NCBI GenBank assembly: GCA_964360995.1
Contig: CAYHYZ010000001.1
Location: forward strand, 31,548 to 65,821
Length of the DNA: 34,274 nucleotides
Source of the DNA: an uncultured Candidatus Saccharibacteria bacterium
Lineage (GTDB): Bacteria > Patescibacteriota > Minisyncoccia > Ryanbacterales > HO2-45-13
Direction of reading: 5' to 3'
Positions 1 through 10,970 of the stretch are shown piece after piece. How positions within the stretch are numbered: position 1 is the stretch's first letter; the number at the start of each line of letters is the position of its first letter. Position numbers and translations under genes: made by a program. The notes under the pieces were generated by a model. It was not told the origin of the DNA and did no database searches. It saw only the letters and a program-made list of their open reading frames with translations.

Positions 1-3000
1 TCAAGCGCAGCCAACGGCCTCAATCTCACCGCCGGCTGCTATGCAATCAGTGGGAGCTGTGTGACGAACAATGGAGGAGATGCTAACACGTTGGACACAT
101 TAGACTCTCTGCAATTCTTGCGATCTGATGCGGATGATTCGTTTACCGGAAGTAATACACTCACCATCGCGAGCGCCGCCACACTTAGTATCGATGGTGG
201 TCTGCAGATCGCAGACACCGGCATTGATTTCACTGGAGTAAACACGAACTTTGCAGTGACTGGAGACTTCACGATTAATTCCACGGAGTTTGTCATTGAT
301 GATGGCACCAACAACGTTGGTATTGGAGATGCTACTCCTGACAGCGCGCTCGAGGTAGTGGGAGGGCTTATGCTCAGCTCCGCAGCTGCGGCGGACGGAG
401 ATCGTTTCGTTGTTACGACAGGCGGGAATGTCGGTATTGGAACCTCAAGCCCATATGCACCCCTTTCAGTGTTAGGACAAGCGGTTGCTTCTTACTTCAC
501 TGCAACCACTTCTGCCACCTCCACCTTCGCCGGAGGCATACACACCAACTTGCTCAACATTACTTCCACCACCGCAACCTCAAGCGCAGCCAACGGCCTC
601 AATCTCACTGGTGGGTGCTTTGCAATCAACGGAGGGTGTGTTGCCGGAGGATCCACCAACTATGTTAAAACAGGAACCGCAAACCGACTCGCATACTACG
701 ACACCACAGGCACCATTACTTCAGAAAATGTGTTTGCAGTGGACGCAGTAAATGATCGTGTCGGATTTGGTACCACCTCACCACTCGCCACGCTCTCTGC
801 GTCCTCAACGGATGCAGTCACTGCACTCTTTGATCAACGGGGTACTTCAGACATCCTCCAACTCCAAGACAGTGGAGTGAGTGTGTTTGTGGTGAAGGAT
901 GGGGGGAATGTGGGGATTGGGACAACGACGCCCGCGGGGAAACTAGGCATTGTGGGGTCCCAATATCTCAAGCAATCTGCAGCAACACAAGGAAGCGGAA
1001 TTCGCCTGGAAAGTAGTGGCACAGGATATGGAGATATCTATCTCACCACAAACGGAGCGCTCATCATGAATACTCTTAACAGCCCAGGTACTTCAAACTT
1101 TATTGGAGCGCAGTCAGCGGATAATGATTATGGTTTTATCACCTATTCTTCGGATGCGGCGACATGGCTTAATACGTACGTTACAAATACCACCGTTGAT
1201 TATGCAAACTTGGTAGTAGGTGACACACAAAGTACAACCGGACTCGTTATTACTGCAAACGAAACCGTGGGAGTAGGTTCGACAACACCCTGGGCCAAAC
1301 TTTCGGTCGAACAAGGCGCCACCGGACCAGTGTTTGTGGTCGCGGATCAGGGAACGAGCACGCCGCACTTACTTGTGGATGGAAGAGGATACGTAGGTAG
1401 CGGTACTTCCACGCCATGGGCGCAGTTCTCGGTTGAGCAAGGATCCTCTACTCCAGTGTTTGTCGTCTCGGATCAAGGAACGAGCACTCCATCTTTTATG
1501 GTAACCGGCCAAGGAAGGACCGGAATCAATGTAACAGAATCTCAACTTAGCAGTACAAATAGTGCAGTAATCGGAGTGTCAGACGCAACCGCATATGGAG
1601 GAATTTCACAGACTCCACTCGGACTTATTAATACCAACACAACCAACAATAACTTTGCAGGGTTAGCATTTCAGACGCTCGATACGAATTCAGCAATTGT
1701 GGGGGGAGCTCGCATTGACAGTATATTTACAGATCACACACCAAGTAGTGTCGATGCGGAGATTGCGATTCAAACAACCCAGAATGGTTCTCGTACCGAA
1801 AAACTCCGCATCACCGCAGCAGGGAGTGTAGGGGTTGGATCTTCCACGCCATGGGGAACGTTATCGGTTGAGGCGACATCAACGGGGCCAATGTTTGTCG
1901 TCTCGGATCAAGGAACGAGCACTCCATTCCTATACATAGGAGGGAATGGCAGAGTAAGCATAGGTACGACTACTACAAATAGCACACTCACCGTGTTTAA
2001 TTCGACTACGGCTGACGTTACCGAAATACTCATAGATACAGGACTTGCACAAGCAAGCGTACAAACGACATACGCGCTTCGTGGGGTGGATCAGTTTAGT
2101 GTTGGAGTGCACGATGGAGACCTTGATAAATTCAAAATTTCTGCAGGAGGAACACTTGGCACTACTGACCGTTTCGTAATAGACAGTAGTGGCAATGTTG
2201 GTATCGGGACTTCAAGTCCGTACTTACCACTCTCTGTTGCTGGATCGGGAGTATTTGGAGGAACGAGTACCGCAAGTGCATTTGTCGCAACTTCAACTAC
2301 CGCTTCTTCAACATTCGCGAACGGGCTGAACTTAACTGGCGGATGTTTTGCATTAAGTGGGACGTGTATTTCTGCGGCCGGATCAAATATTTGGCAGGAT
2401 ACAAGTGGTGTCGTAAATCTCGTTACTTCATCAAACAACGTCACTATTGGTGGATCGTCCAATTTCGCAAAACTAGCAGTTGATGGAGATGCCGATGAAA
2501 TTCAATTTTTGGTTCAAGGTCACAGTGTTCAAAATTTAGATCTATTAGTAGTTGAAAATTCTGGGCTTACCGATTTGTTTGTGGTGAATTCCAGTGGCCA
2601 AGTTGGGATAGGCACTGGTGGGCCTGCCAATGATCTTGAGGTAGATACCGGATTATCTGGAGGTATTGATATCGAGTATGATAACGGGGCACTTAATTTC
2701 GGAGAACTCACCTTCAAGGATGCGGGAGGAGATCTGTGGTCTATTATTTCATGGCCGCATTCATCTAATTTAGCTGGTTCAACTCAGAATGCGGGAGATT
2801 TAACTTTTGGAACAACATCGCCATATTCGCTGGTTCTTGATCGGTCGGGAAGTGTGGGTGTAGGCTCGACAACTCCATGGGGCACGCTTTCGGTTGAAGC
2901 AACTTCCACTGGTCCAATGTTTGTGGTTTCGGATGAAGGAACGAGCACTCCATTCTTGATTGTAGACGGGAGAGGATATATTGGCATCGGAACTTCTACG

Positions 3001-4845
3001 CCTAGTGAGAAACTCACCATTGATGGAAATATTTTATTTGGAAGCACTGCTGCGCGAACCATCAGCATACAAAAGACAGCAAGTGGCGCAGGCCAGAGTC
3101 TTTCCCTTACTGCGGGCGCAGCGAATGGTGGTAATACTGTCGGAGGTGCGGTGGTGATTACCGGAGGAGGAGGGGCAGGACTTGCTGCCGGTGGCGCGGT
3201 TACTGTCGTAGCCGGCGCAGGTTTTAATGGTGGTTCTGTGACAATAAATCCTACTGGAGGATTCACGACTGCCCTTAACGGATATATTGCACTCGGTAAT
3301 ACCATAGGCAATGTGGGAGTGGGGATGACTTCTCCTCTCTATAAATTAGAAGTACAAACAAGTAGTTCTACTTCATACGCTGCTCGGGTGTATAACACAA
3401 ATACTGGTACTGACGCAGATGGACTACTGATCAGTTTAGGTGTGGCAAACGCGAGTAGAACAACCGGGAATTATTTTGTCGGATTTTCAACCGCTGATGG
3501 AACCGTTGCTGGAAAGATCCAAGGAGGTGCAAGTGCTGTGGCCTATACAACTACGGGCGCGGACCTCGCGGAATATTTTCGGTTTGAAGGATTTGCGAAT
3601 ACACCAACATCCGGCGATGTTGTTATGCTTGATGCCTCGCAGCGTAAAACTGTGGTGCGGGCCGTATCTGGTTCTGGCGTTGCAATTGGCGTTGTTTCCA
3701 CAAATCCCGGATTTATTGGAAATGGACCGATCTGTGAAGTGAACGATAAAGATTGTGATGTAAATTATGAAAAATATAACGTACTCGTTGCGCTCTCCGG
3801 ACAAGTGCCCGTAAAAATCTCAAATGCGGATGGTAGCGTAGCTCCCGGGGACTCACTTACACCATCGGACATTGCTGGATATGCGAGAAAAGCAAAACGA
3901 GGCGACCAAGTTATTGGTATTGCGCTTGAGTCTTCAGGTGCCACGGCAACTTCAACCGTGGCAATGCTGGTAAATTTGGGTCACGCGAATCTCGATGAAG
4001 GAGTTTCTCACATCGCTACCGGTGAGAGTGGATGGACGGTGGACACAAACGGACGCATGACTGCGCGCGCGGACGTCGATATGAATAGCCAATCGATTCT
4101 TGGTGTGGCGGGGATCGTTTCTGCAACGGGAGATTGGTCTATTACTGCTGACGGAAGATTTAAGACTAAGCAGATAGTTGCCGAAACCATTGATGCCGAT
4201 CGTATTACCGCCAAGCGGTTTAGCATTTTGAACGTCGCGGACGCAAGTGAAAACACGATTGGTGCGGGAAGAATTCTGCGAGGGGACACCTCAACCACGA
4301 TTTATTCAAAATACATTTCGGCGAATTCAAAGATATTTGTCACGTTCACGAACGATCTCGGCGGGCGCTCGTGGTATATTGCCGAAAAACAGGGGCCAAC
4401 AGAGACTGGTACCACAGAAGGAATGTTCCGCATCGCAATTTCATCTGCGTCTCCAGACGACCTCAACTTTGACTGGTGGGTCGTAGATACCGCAGGAGAC
4501 GGAGCGACGAGTACCTCAATAAGTACCGATGGAAATGCTGGAAATGGACGAACGTCTGGCGGTGGGAATGGAGGACAGCGCGATGCAAGAGGAGGCACAG
4601 AAGTGCCTACACCGCCTGCGACAGAAAATACACCTGTCACCGAGCCAGCAAGCGATCCAATCTCGGCGCCAACTGCAGATCCTACTCCAGGTCCCGAGGA
4701 GTCTCCGACAGTCGAATCAAGTTCACTAGAACCTTCGACGACAATCGAGGAGCCTCCGGTGAATACTGACACCACTCCACCCGAAGCGCCCGTTACTGAT
4801 CCCGCACCAATCCCTGATGTACCAGTTGAACCAATAGCACCATGA
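1..4845 (+). CDS. Giant repetitive tail-fibre-like surface adhesin with Peptidase_G2-like intramolecular chaperone domain and Pro/Glu/Thr-rich tail (5'-truncated)
   Basis: Frame is open from base 1 (SSAANGLNLTAGCYAISGSC..., a repeat of 580-640), so the gene starts upstream. Many GNVGIGTxxP beta-repeats. GADLAEYF...IGVVSTNPG...VALSGQVPVKI...PGDSLT...VIGIALE at ~3556-3990 fits the G2-type autocleavage domain. Confidence 0.8.
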   Translation, partial: SSAANGLNLTAGCYAISGSCVTNNGGDANTLDTLDSLQFLRSDADDSFTGSNTLTIASAATLSIDGGLQIADTGIDFTGVNTNFAVTGDFTINSTEFVIDDGTNNVGIGDATPDSALEVVGGLMLSSAAAADGDRFVVTTGGNVGIGTSSPYAPLSVLGQAVASYFTATTSATSTFAGGIHTNLLNITSTTATSSAANGLNLTGGCFAINGGCVAGGSTNYVKTGTANRLAYYDTTGTITSENVFAVDAVNDRVGFGTTSPLATLSASSTDAVTALFDQRGTSDILQLQDSGVSVFVVKDGGNVGIGTTTPAGKLGIVGSQYLKQSAATQGSGIRLESSGTGYGDIYLTTNGALIMNTLNSPGTSNFIGAQSADNDYGFITYSSDAATWLNTYVTNTTVDYANLVVGDTQSTTGLVITANETVGVGSTTPWAKLSVEQGATGPVFVVADQGTSTPHLLVDGRGYVGSGTSTPWAQFSVEQGSSTPVFVVSDQGTSTPSFMVTGQGRTGINVTESQLSSTNSAVIGVSDATAYGGISQTPLGLINTNTTNNNFAGLAFQTLDTNSAIVGGARIDSIFTDHTPSSVDAEIAIQTTQNGSRTEKLRITAAGSVGVGSSTPWGTLSVEATSTGPMFVVSDQGTSTPFLYIGGNGRVSIGTTTTNSTLTVFNSTTADVTEILIDTGLAQASVQTTYALRGVDQFSVGVHDGDLDKFKISAGGTLGTTDRFVIDSSGNVGIGTSSPYLPLSVAGSGVFGGTSTASAFVATSTTASSTFANGLNLTGGCFALSGTCISAAGSNIWQDTSGVVNLVTSSNNVTIGGSSNFAKLAVDGDADEIQFLVQGHSVQNLDLLVVENSGLTDLFVVNSSGQVGIGTGGPANDLEVDTGLSGGIDIEYDNGALNFGELTFKDAGGDLWSIISWPHSSNLAGSTQNAGDLTFGTTSPYSLVLDRSGSVGVGSTTPWGTLSVEATSTGPMFVVSDEGTSTPFLIVDGRGYIGIGTSTPSEKLTIDGNILFGSTAARTISIQKTASGAGQSLSLTAGAANGGNTVGGAVVITGGGGAGLAAGGAVTVVAGAGFNGGSVTINPTGGFTTALNGYIALGNTIGNVGVGMTSPLYKLEVQTSSSTSYAARVYNTNTGTDADGLLISLGVANASRTTGNYFVGFSTADGTVAGKIQGGASAVAYTTTGADLAEYFRFEGFANTPTSGDVVMLDASQRKTVVRAVSGSGVAIGVVSTNPGFIGNGPICEVNDKDCDVNYEKYNVLVALSGQVPVKISNADGSVAPGDSLTPSDIAGYARKAKRGDQVIGIALESSGATATSTVAMLVNLGHANLDEGVSHIATGESGWTVDTNGRMTARADVDMNSQSILGVAGIVSATGDWSITADGRFKTKQIVAETIDADRITAKRFSILNVADASENTIGAGRILRGDTSTTIYSKYISANSKIFVTFTNDLGGRSWYIAEKQGPTETGTTEGMFRIAISSASPDDLNFDWWVVDTAGDGATSTSISTDGNAGNGRTSGGGNGGQRDARGGTEVPTPPATENTPVTEPASDPISAPTADPTPGPEESPTVESSSLEPSTTIEEPPVNTDTTPPEAPVTDPAPIPDVPVEPIAP

Positions 4846-5071
4846 GTAACACACGATATCAAGCCCCGTGGGATACTCTCATTACTCACGGGGCGGGGAA
4901 GGGTAAAATCCCACACCACTTTGTCGATAAGAGTGCGCGATTATATGACTTACCGGCAGCATATTACGGGCATCGTAGTGGACACACATATGTACGATCG
5001 ACAAAGTGGTGTGGGATAAAACTATTGCCAAATAACGGTTTTTCAGGATATTATTCACAAATAACACTAAT

Positions 5072-7507
5072 ATGAATACATACGCAGGATACGGCGTGAG
5101 CGAGGTATATCCGCCAGCTGGCGGAGAAGAGATCCCAGTTGTTTCGGAAGATTCCGGAGGAGTGTTTCAGAAGATTGCGCGGTTTGCACTATATGCATTG
5201 ATTTTTTTGTTGCCGATTTGGTACTTGCCGCTTACCACACTTCCAGTGGAGGCAAATAAAGCGTTTCTCACTTCCGTGCTTGCTCTCGTCGCGCTGATTG
5301 CATGGATTGGCTCGGGTCTTCAGGAAGGAAAAATTACTCTCAATCGTTCTTGGGCGCTCTTCGCACTTGGCGCGTTTCTCGTAGTCATAGTGGTGTCTGC
5401 AGTGCTTGGAATACAGTCGCATGCCTCACTGATTGGGAGCCTTGGAGATCCACGAAGCGTGATGACATTGCTTGCTGGTGCAATTGTCGCGTTTCTCATC
5501 CCGTCGGTATTGCATCGTAAAGAGGATGTGATGAAGAGCGTTGTACTACTTATGTTCGCTTCGGTTCTCGTACTCGTTGCGTTCCTTATCAGGAGCGTAC
5601 TGAACATTGAGTATATGGGATCCAGGGGGTTTAACCTGATCGGTTCGTGGAATGGGCTCGGCGTATTTTTTGGACTGATGGCTGCATTTACATTCCCGAT
5701 GCTTGGTGTGCCGTCGGAATCTCGAGCGTGGAAAGCAGCGCTACTCCTGCTTGTTTCGGGTCTCGTGGGAGCATTTTTGGTGAACTACAAAGTAGTATGG
5801 ATTGCTATTGCCGCGATTGCGCTGGTGTTCTTCGCACTTTACTTTTCAGCGAACAAACGCAAGTCCGTGCTGTTTACGCTGACGTTTTTTCTCATCATTC
5901 TCTCGGTGCTCCTCGCGCTACTCAATCCACAGCTTAGTGGAATCGCCGCTCGTTTTGGGAGTGTTGCCGAGGTAACTCCTGCGTGGCAATCAACATTAGA
6001 AATTGGAAAGCAGGTTATTGCTGATCGTCCAATAGTAGGAGCCGGCCCTAACACATTCGGGTATCTCTGGGAATCATTCCGACCCGAAGGTATTAGTCAG
6101 ACACAATTTTGGCGAGTGCGATTTAATAGTGGCGTAGGATTTACTCCATCACTGATGGTTGAAACTGGTATTTTAGGAACCGCCTCAATCGTTGCACTCC
6201 TGTTGTTGCTTGGATGGATGGTCATTCGCACCATGGTTTCTGCTGCGTATCGTACTGCGGATGCATGGGAAGCGGCTACTGCACTCGCCTCTGCGTCTGG
6301 ATTTGTTTTCCTTGCCGCAATGTCATTTTTCTACGCATTCAACTCGACGCTCGCGCTACTTATGTTCTTGATGCTTGGGATTTTCTTCTCCGCAAGTGCT
6401 CGTGTGGGAGTAGGAAAAACAACCACAATCGATTTATTTGCGAGCGCACAAACTGGTTTCGTGGCATCGCTCGTGATGATTGTTGCAGTGATTACAAGTG
6501 TATTTGGGCTGTATTTGGGCAGTACCCGTTTTGCTGCTGACGTTGCATATGCCGAGGGAGTGAGACTCTTCAATGATGATCAAAAATTGGATGCTGCCAT
6601 CAGCGAAGTTGAGCGTGCTACCAATATGTACAGTGATGATGACGGATATTGGAGGACGCTTACCGAGTTGCAGCGATTAAAATTACAACAGATTGCGCAG
6701 GATCAATCGATTAGTCAACAAGACAGGGAAGTGCGTATTCAAGCGGAACTCGCGCGCGCTATTCGATTTGGTGAGCGTACCACAGATCTGAATGCGGTTG
6801 ACGCTGAAAATTGGCGAACGCGTGGACGTGTATATGAAAGCGTAATTCCACTCACAGGGGCTGCTGATGTTGCGCTTGAACATTACAATAAAGCGAGTGA
6901 ACTTTCTCCGCATGATCCATTAATTGTGGGAGAGCTCGCAAGACTGCGCAATACTCGCGCACTTGTTGCCGCGCAGACAAAAAATCAACCACTTGCAGAA
7001 ATCGAACGAGCAGAAGCAGTGAAATTACTTGAACGAGCCATTGAAATAAAGTCCGATTATGCGCCTGCACATTTTACGCTCGCACAGTATTACAGTGCCG
7101 CAGGCAAGCAGGATCAAGCACTCCAGCGCGCAGTCACCGCATATCAACTTGAGCCAAGTGATGTGGGAGCCGCATTTCAACTGGGAGTACTTGCGTATCA
7201 GTTAGAGAGAAAAGATATTGCCCGTATTGCACTGGAGCGTGCAGTATCGCTACGCGAAAACTATTCAAACGCTCGCTATTTCCTTGGATTAATTTATGAC
7301 GAAGCAAATGCAAAAGAACTCGCAATCCAGCAGTTTGTGCGCATTCAAGAATTAAATCCAACAAATGCCGAAGTGATGAAAATTCTTGAAAATCTCCGTT
7401 CCGGAAAGAAAGCGCTTGATGGTATCACCCCTCCTCCGGAGGAACGTGATGCACCACCCATTACCGAAGAGGGAACTAATTCAAATTCCACTGCTCCGAA
7501 ACAATGA
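5072..7507 (+). CDS. Polytopic membrane protein: O-antigen ligase/Wzy_C-like domain plus C-terminal TPR repeats
   Basis: More than 10 hydrophobic helices; RPIVGAGPNTFG motif typical of O-antigen ligase-like proteins; TPR-like repeats (YAPAHFTLAQYY, YSNARYFLGLIY). Confidence 0.75.
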   Translation: MNTYAGYGVSEVYPPAGGEEIPVVSEDSGGVFQKIARFALYALIFLLPIWYLPLTTLPVEANKAFLTSVLALVALIAWIGSGLQEGKITLNRSWALFALGAFLVVIVVSAVLGIQSHASLIGSLGDPRSVMTLLAGAIVAFLIPSVLHRKEDVMKSVVLLMFASVLVLVAFLIRSVLNIEYMGSRGFNLIGSWNGLGVFFGLMAAFTFPMLGVPSESRAWKAALLLLVSGLVGAFLVNYKVVWIAIAAIALVFFALYFSANKRKSVLFTLTFFLIILSVLLALLNPQLSGIAARFGSVAEVTPAWQSTLEIGKQVIADRPIVGAGPNTFGYLWESFRPEGISQTQFWRVRFNSGVGFTPSLMVETGILGTASIVALLLLLGWMVIRTMVSAAYRTADAWEAATALASASGFVFLAAMSFFYAFNSTLALLMFLMLGIFFSASARVGVGKTTTIDLFASAQTGFVASLVMIVAVITSVFGLYLGSTRFAADVAYAEGVRLFNDDQKLDAAISEVERATNMYSDDDGYWRTLTELQRLKLQQIAQDQSISQQDREVRIQAELARAIRFGERTTDLNAVDAENWRTRGRVYESVIPLTGAADVALEHYNKASELSPHDPLIVGELARLRNTRALVAAQTKNQPLAEIERAEAVKLLERAIEIKSDYAPAHFTLAQYYSAAGKQDQALQRAVTAYQLEPSDVGAAFQLGVLAYQLERKDIARIALERAVSLRENYSNARYFLGLIYDEANAKELAIQQFVRIQELNPTNAEVMKILENLRSGKKALDGITPPPEERDAPPITEEGTNSNSTAPKQ

Positions 7508-9195
7508 TGAAGAGAGTGTTTAATCTCGTGAGTGGGGAGCAAAAAGGAGTACTGGGCGCCGCACTCATGCTGGCGTTTATATCGGTGTTAAATGCTCTGC
7601 TTGCGCTTTATCGTGACCGACTCCTTGCGGGAGCGTACGGGGTATCTGCGGATCTTGATATGTATTTCGCGGCATTTCGCGTTCCTGATTTTCTGTTTGC
7701 CATTGGTCTGCTATTTGTTGCGACCACCGCATTCATACCAGTATTCACTGAACGGAATGCGCGTGGCGTAACAGAGGGGAGAGCACTCATGAACGCTGTG
7801 CTCACCACCTTTCTATTTCTTTTTGGTGGAGTGTTGGCGCTTGCCGCAATCGGTATGCCACTACTCATTAATATTGCAGTACCGGGGTTTACGATAGAGG
7901 CGCAACAATATGTTACGCATCTTGCGCGCATATTACTCATTTCTCCGCTGTTACTGGGAGTTTCAAATCTCATTTCTGGTGTGATACAAGCGTCACGGAG
8001 ATTCTTTATTTTTGCGCTCTCACCAGTCATGTATAATCTCGGGATTATTTCGGGTATTGTATTTTTAGCGCCAACATTTGGGATACAAGGAATCGCGTAC
8101 GGCGCGGTACTTGGGGCACTACTACATTTGCTCGTGCAGGTGCCAACGCTCATTTCATTGGGATATGCTCCGTCTTTGCGATTGCGTGTTGACGCCGATG
8201 TGAAACGTATTCTCACACTTTCTTTTCCGCGCACACTTGCCCTTTCATTTCACCAACTGTCTTTTTTGGTATTAGTGGGAGTTGCGTCTACTGCGGGCGA
8301 GGGAGCAGTGTCGGTGTACAATCTTGCATTCAACTTGCAAGGAGTGCCGCTCTTAATGATTGGTCTTTCATTCAGCGTGGCAACATTTCCATTACTCACA
8401 TCGCTCGCGCAGTCGGGAGCAACGGGTGCATTTCGAGACGCGTATCTTTCTGCGCTTCGACATGTGCTCTTATGGACGGTACCTGCTTCGGTGCTGTTTA
8501 TTACGCTACGCGCACATATCGTACGCGTGATTCTTGGAACCGGATCATTTGCGTGGGCAGATACACAGCTCACCGCCGCGAGTTTGATGATTTTTAGTTT
8601 TGGTGTGGTTGCCTCGAGTGTGATGCTCATGTCCGCACGTGCATTTTACGCAATGGGGCGTACGCGCGAACCTGTACTCTATAACTTCATTGGTTTTCTT
8701 TCGGTGCTTGCGACAATCCTTCTGACGTGGGAGATTACGAGCGCTCTGCCATTCGTAGAGCCGTGGGTGCTCAGCGCGCTTGATCTTGAGGCGTTCTCTG
8801 GTACTCGGATGTACTTACTTCCATTTGCGTTTGTCGTAGGGCAATCGGTGACTGCGGTGTTGTTGCTACTGAGATTTACTCGCGAGTTTGGGCGCCGCGT
8901 GATGTGGGAAAGTCTCAAGGACGCACTCGTGCAAATACTCGCCGCCGGGGCAATACTTGGCGTGGTAGTGCTTGCGCTTCTGAAAGGATTAAATGAATTT
9001 GCAGATCCCCGCACCGCAGGAGGGGTGTTTGTGCAAGGACTACTTGCGGGGATCGGTGGAGCAATCAGTTATTTTGGAGCGCTCTGGGTGTTTCGGAATC
9101 GGGAGGTGCGAGAAATGCTCGATGAGCTGCGGCGTACGCTCTCGAGTTCGCCGACCGTACAACCGGTTGCGGAAGATATGAATCCTCAAACATGA
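7504..9195 (+). CDS. murJ: Lipid II flippase MurJ (MviN)
   Basis: RDRLLAGAYG...DMYFAAFRVPD, AFIPVF, ALSPVMYNLGII and RAFYAMGRTREP motifs; overlaps the upstream stop. Confidence 0.9.
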   Translation: MMKRVFNLVSGEQKGVLGAALMLAFISVLNALLALYRDRLLAGAYGVSADLDMYFAAFRVPDFLFAIGLLFVATTAFIPVFTERNARGVTEGRALMNAVLTTFLFLFGGVLALAAIGMPLLINIAVPGFTIEAQQYVTHLARILLISPLLLGVSNLISGVIQASRRFFIFALSPVMYNLGIISGIVFLAPTFGIQGIAYGAVLGALLHLLVQVPTLISLGYAPSLRLRVDADVKRILTLSFPRTLALSFHQLSFLVLVGVASTAGEGAVSVYNLAFNLQGVPLLMIGLSFSVATFPLLTSLAQSGATGAFRDAYLSALRHVLLWTVPASVLFITLRAHIVRVILGTGSFAWADTQLTAASLMIFSFGVVASSVMLMSARAFYAMGRTREPVLYNFIGFLSVLATILLTWEITSALPFVEPWVLSALDLEAFSGTRMYLLPFAFVVGQSVTAVLLLLRFTREFGRRVMWESLKDALVQILAAGAILGVVVLALLKGLNEFADPRTAGGVFVQGLLAGIGGAISYFGALWVFRNREVREMLDELRRTLSSSPTVQPVAEDMNPQT

Positions 9196-10967
9196 AGAAC
9201 ATCAGAAATTTTTCTATTATTGCGCACATTGATCACGGAAAGAGCACCCTTGCGGATCGTTTTTTACAGCTGACACATACGATTGAAGTACGACGCTTTC
9301 ATGACCAAATGCTCGACATGATGGATCTCGAGCAGGAACGGGGCATTACGATTAAGATGCAGCCAGTGCGTATGGTGTATACATATAATGGAAGCGAGTA
9401 TCTGTTTAATCTGATTGATACGCCGGGCCATATTGATTTTTCATATGAAGTCTCGCGCGCGCTTGCGGCGTGCGAAGGAGCGCTACTGCTGGTGGACGCG
9501 TCGCAGGGCGTGCAGGCACAAACACTTTCGCATCTTACGACCGCGCAAAAATTGGGGCTGAAAATTATTCCCGTCATCAACAAAATTGATTTGCCGCATG
9601 CAGATGTTCCACGCACGCTCGCGGAGTTACAACACTTGGGATTTGCTGAATCAGAGGTGTTACAGGTGTCGGGAAAATCCGGCGTAGGTGTAGCGGAGCT
9701 CTTGCAGGCGGTCATTGAACATATTCCTGCCCCCACACTCACCGAGCAAAAACTCCGGGCACTCGTATTTGATTCCGAATACAGCGAGCATGGTGGGGTA
9801 ATTGCATATGTGCGATTATTTGGAGGTAGTGTACGTCCGCGCGAGCGGTTGCAGTTTTTTGCAACCGAGTCTGTGTTTGAGGCAAAAGATGTCGGATTTT
9901 TTGCGCCGGTGAAAACAACTACGAAAGAATTGGAAAGTGGCATGATTGGATACGTGGTAACGGGGCTCAAGTTCCCCGACGCGGTGCGTATTGGAGATAC
10001 GCTTGTCACACAAGGAGAGCGTCAAGTGACCGCACTTCCGGGATATCGCGAACCGTCTCCCGTGGTGTGGGCAAGTTTTTTTCCGGAGGATCAAAAAGAT
10101 TTCTTTAGTCTTGGAGACGCACTTTCGCGACTTCGGTTAAACGATTCATCCCTTTCATACAAAGAATCCGGAACGGCGTTTTTGGGGCGTGGATATGCAT
10201 GTGGATTTTTAGGAACACTGCATCTTGAAATTGTTGCGGAACGTTTAAAGCGCGAGTTTGAACTCGATTTTATTGTCACTGCGCCTTCCGTCGCGTATCG
10301 TATTACGCATGGTGGAGTGGTCACCGAACTTTCTGCGCCACACCTCTATCCAAAAAAGGGAGATGCAGATCTCGTGGAAGAGCCAATGATTGCGGTAGAG
10401 CTGATACTTCCGGAAGAACATTTATCCGGTATCTATAAACTACAAGAACAATTTGAACTGACTATTGAAAAAACAAACTTATTTGGACCCGGAAGACTTG
10501 TAGTGATTGGTAGTATGCCACTACGTGCATTTGTAAGGGATTTCTTTGAGACATTACATCGTGTGACGTCGGGGTACGCTTCTATTAGTTATACTGACGC
10601 CGGATGGCGCGTGGCGGATTTACGTCGCATTGATGTCCAAGTGGCTGGCGAGCCAGTAGAAGCGCTTGCGCGTGTTGTGCATCCGGAACAGGTGGAACGA
10701 GAAGCGAGACAGCTGGTGGAGGCGCTGAAGAGTGCGTTGCCGCGTGAGCAATTTGAAGTACGCATTCAAGCGCTTACCGAAGGGCGTATTATTGCGTCTG
10801 AGCGTATTACACCCATGAAAAAAGATGTCACGGGGCATTTATACGGAGGGGACAGAACACGAAAAATGAAGCTTTGGGCAAAGCAGAAAAAAGGAAAAGC
10901 ACGCATGAAAGCAACAGGGAAAGTATCCATCCCCACAGAAACGTTTTTGAAGTTGCTCCGAAAATGA
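9192..10967 (+). CDS. lepA: Translation elongation factor 4 (LepA)
   Basis: IRNFSIIAHIDHGKSTLADR, ERGITIK, LIDTPGHIDF, NKIDL, GFLGTLHLEI and C-terminal YGGDRTRKMKL. Confidence 0.97.
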   Translation: MKNIRNFSIIAHIDHGKSTLADRFLQLTHTIEVRRFHDQMLDMMDLEQERGITIKMQPVRMVYTYNGSEYLFNLIDTPGHIDFSYEVSRALAACEGALLLVDASQGVQAQTLSHLTTAQKLGLKIIPVINKIDLPHADVPRTLAELQHLGFAESEVLQVSGKSGVGVAELLQAVIEHIPAPTLTEQKLRALVFDSEYSEHGGVIAYVRLFGGSVRPRERLQFFATESVFEAKDVGFFAPVKTTTKELESGMIGYVVTGLKFPDAVRIGDTLVTQGERQVTALPGYREPSPVVWASFFPEDQKDFFSLGDALSRLRLNDSSLSYKESGTAFLGRGYACGFLGTLHLEIVAERLKREFELDFIVTAPSVAYRITHGGVVTELSAPHLYPKKGDADLVEEPMIAVELILPEEHLSGIYKLQEQFELTIEKTNLFGPGRLVVIGSMPLRAFVRDFFETLHRVTSGYASISYTDAGWRVADLRRIDVQVAGEPVEALARVVHPEQVEREARQLVEALKSALPREQFEVRIQALTEGRIIASERITPMKKDVTGHLYGGDRTRKMKLWAKQKKGKARMKATGKVSIPTETFLKLLRK

Positions 10968-10970
10968 AGC

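Noticed and set aside
1-4845. Prophage
   Set aside because: No capsid, terminase, portal, integrase or lysis genes; neighbours are housekeeping genes.
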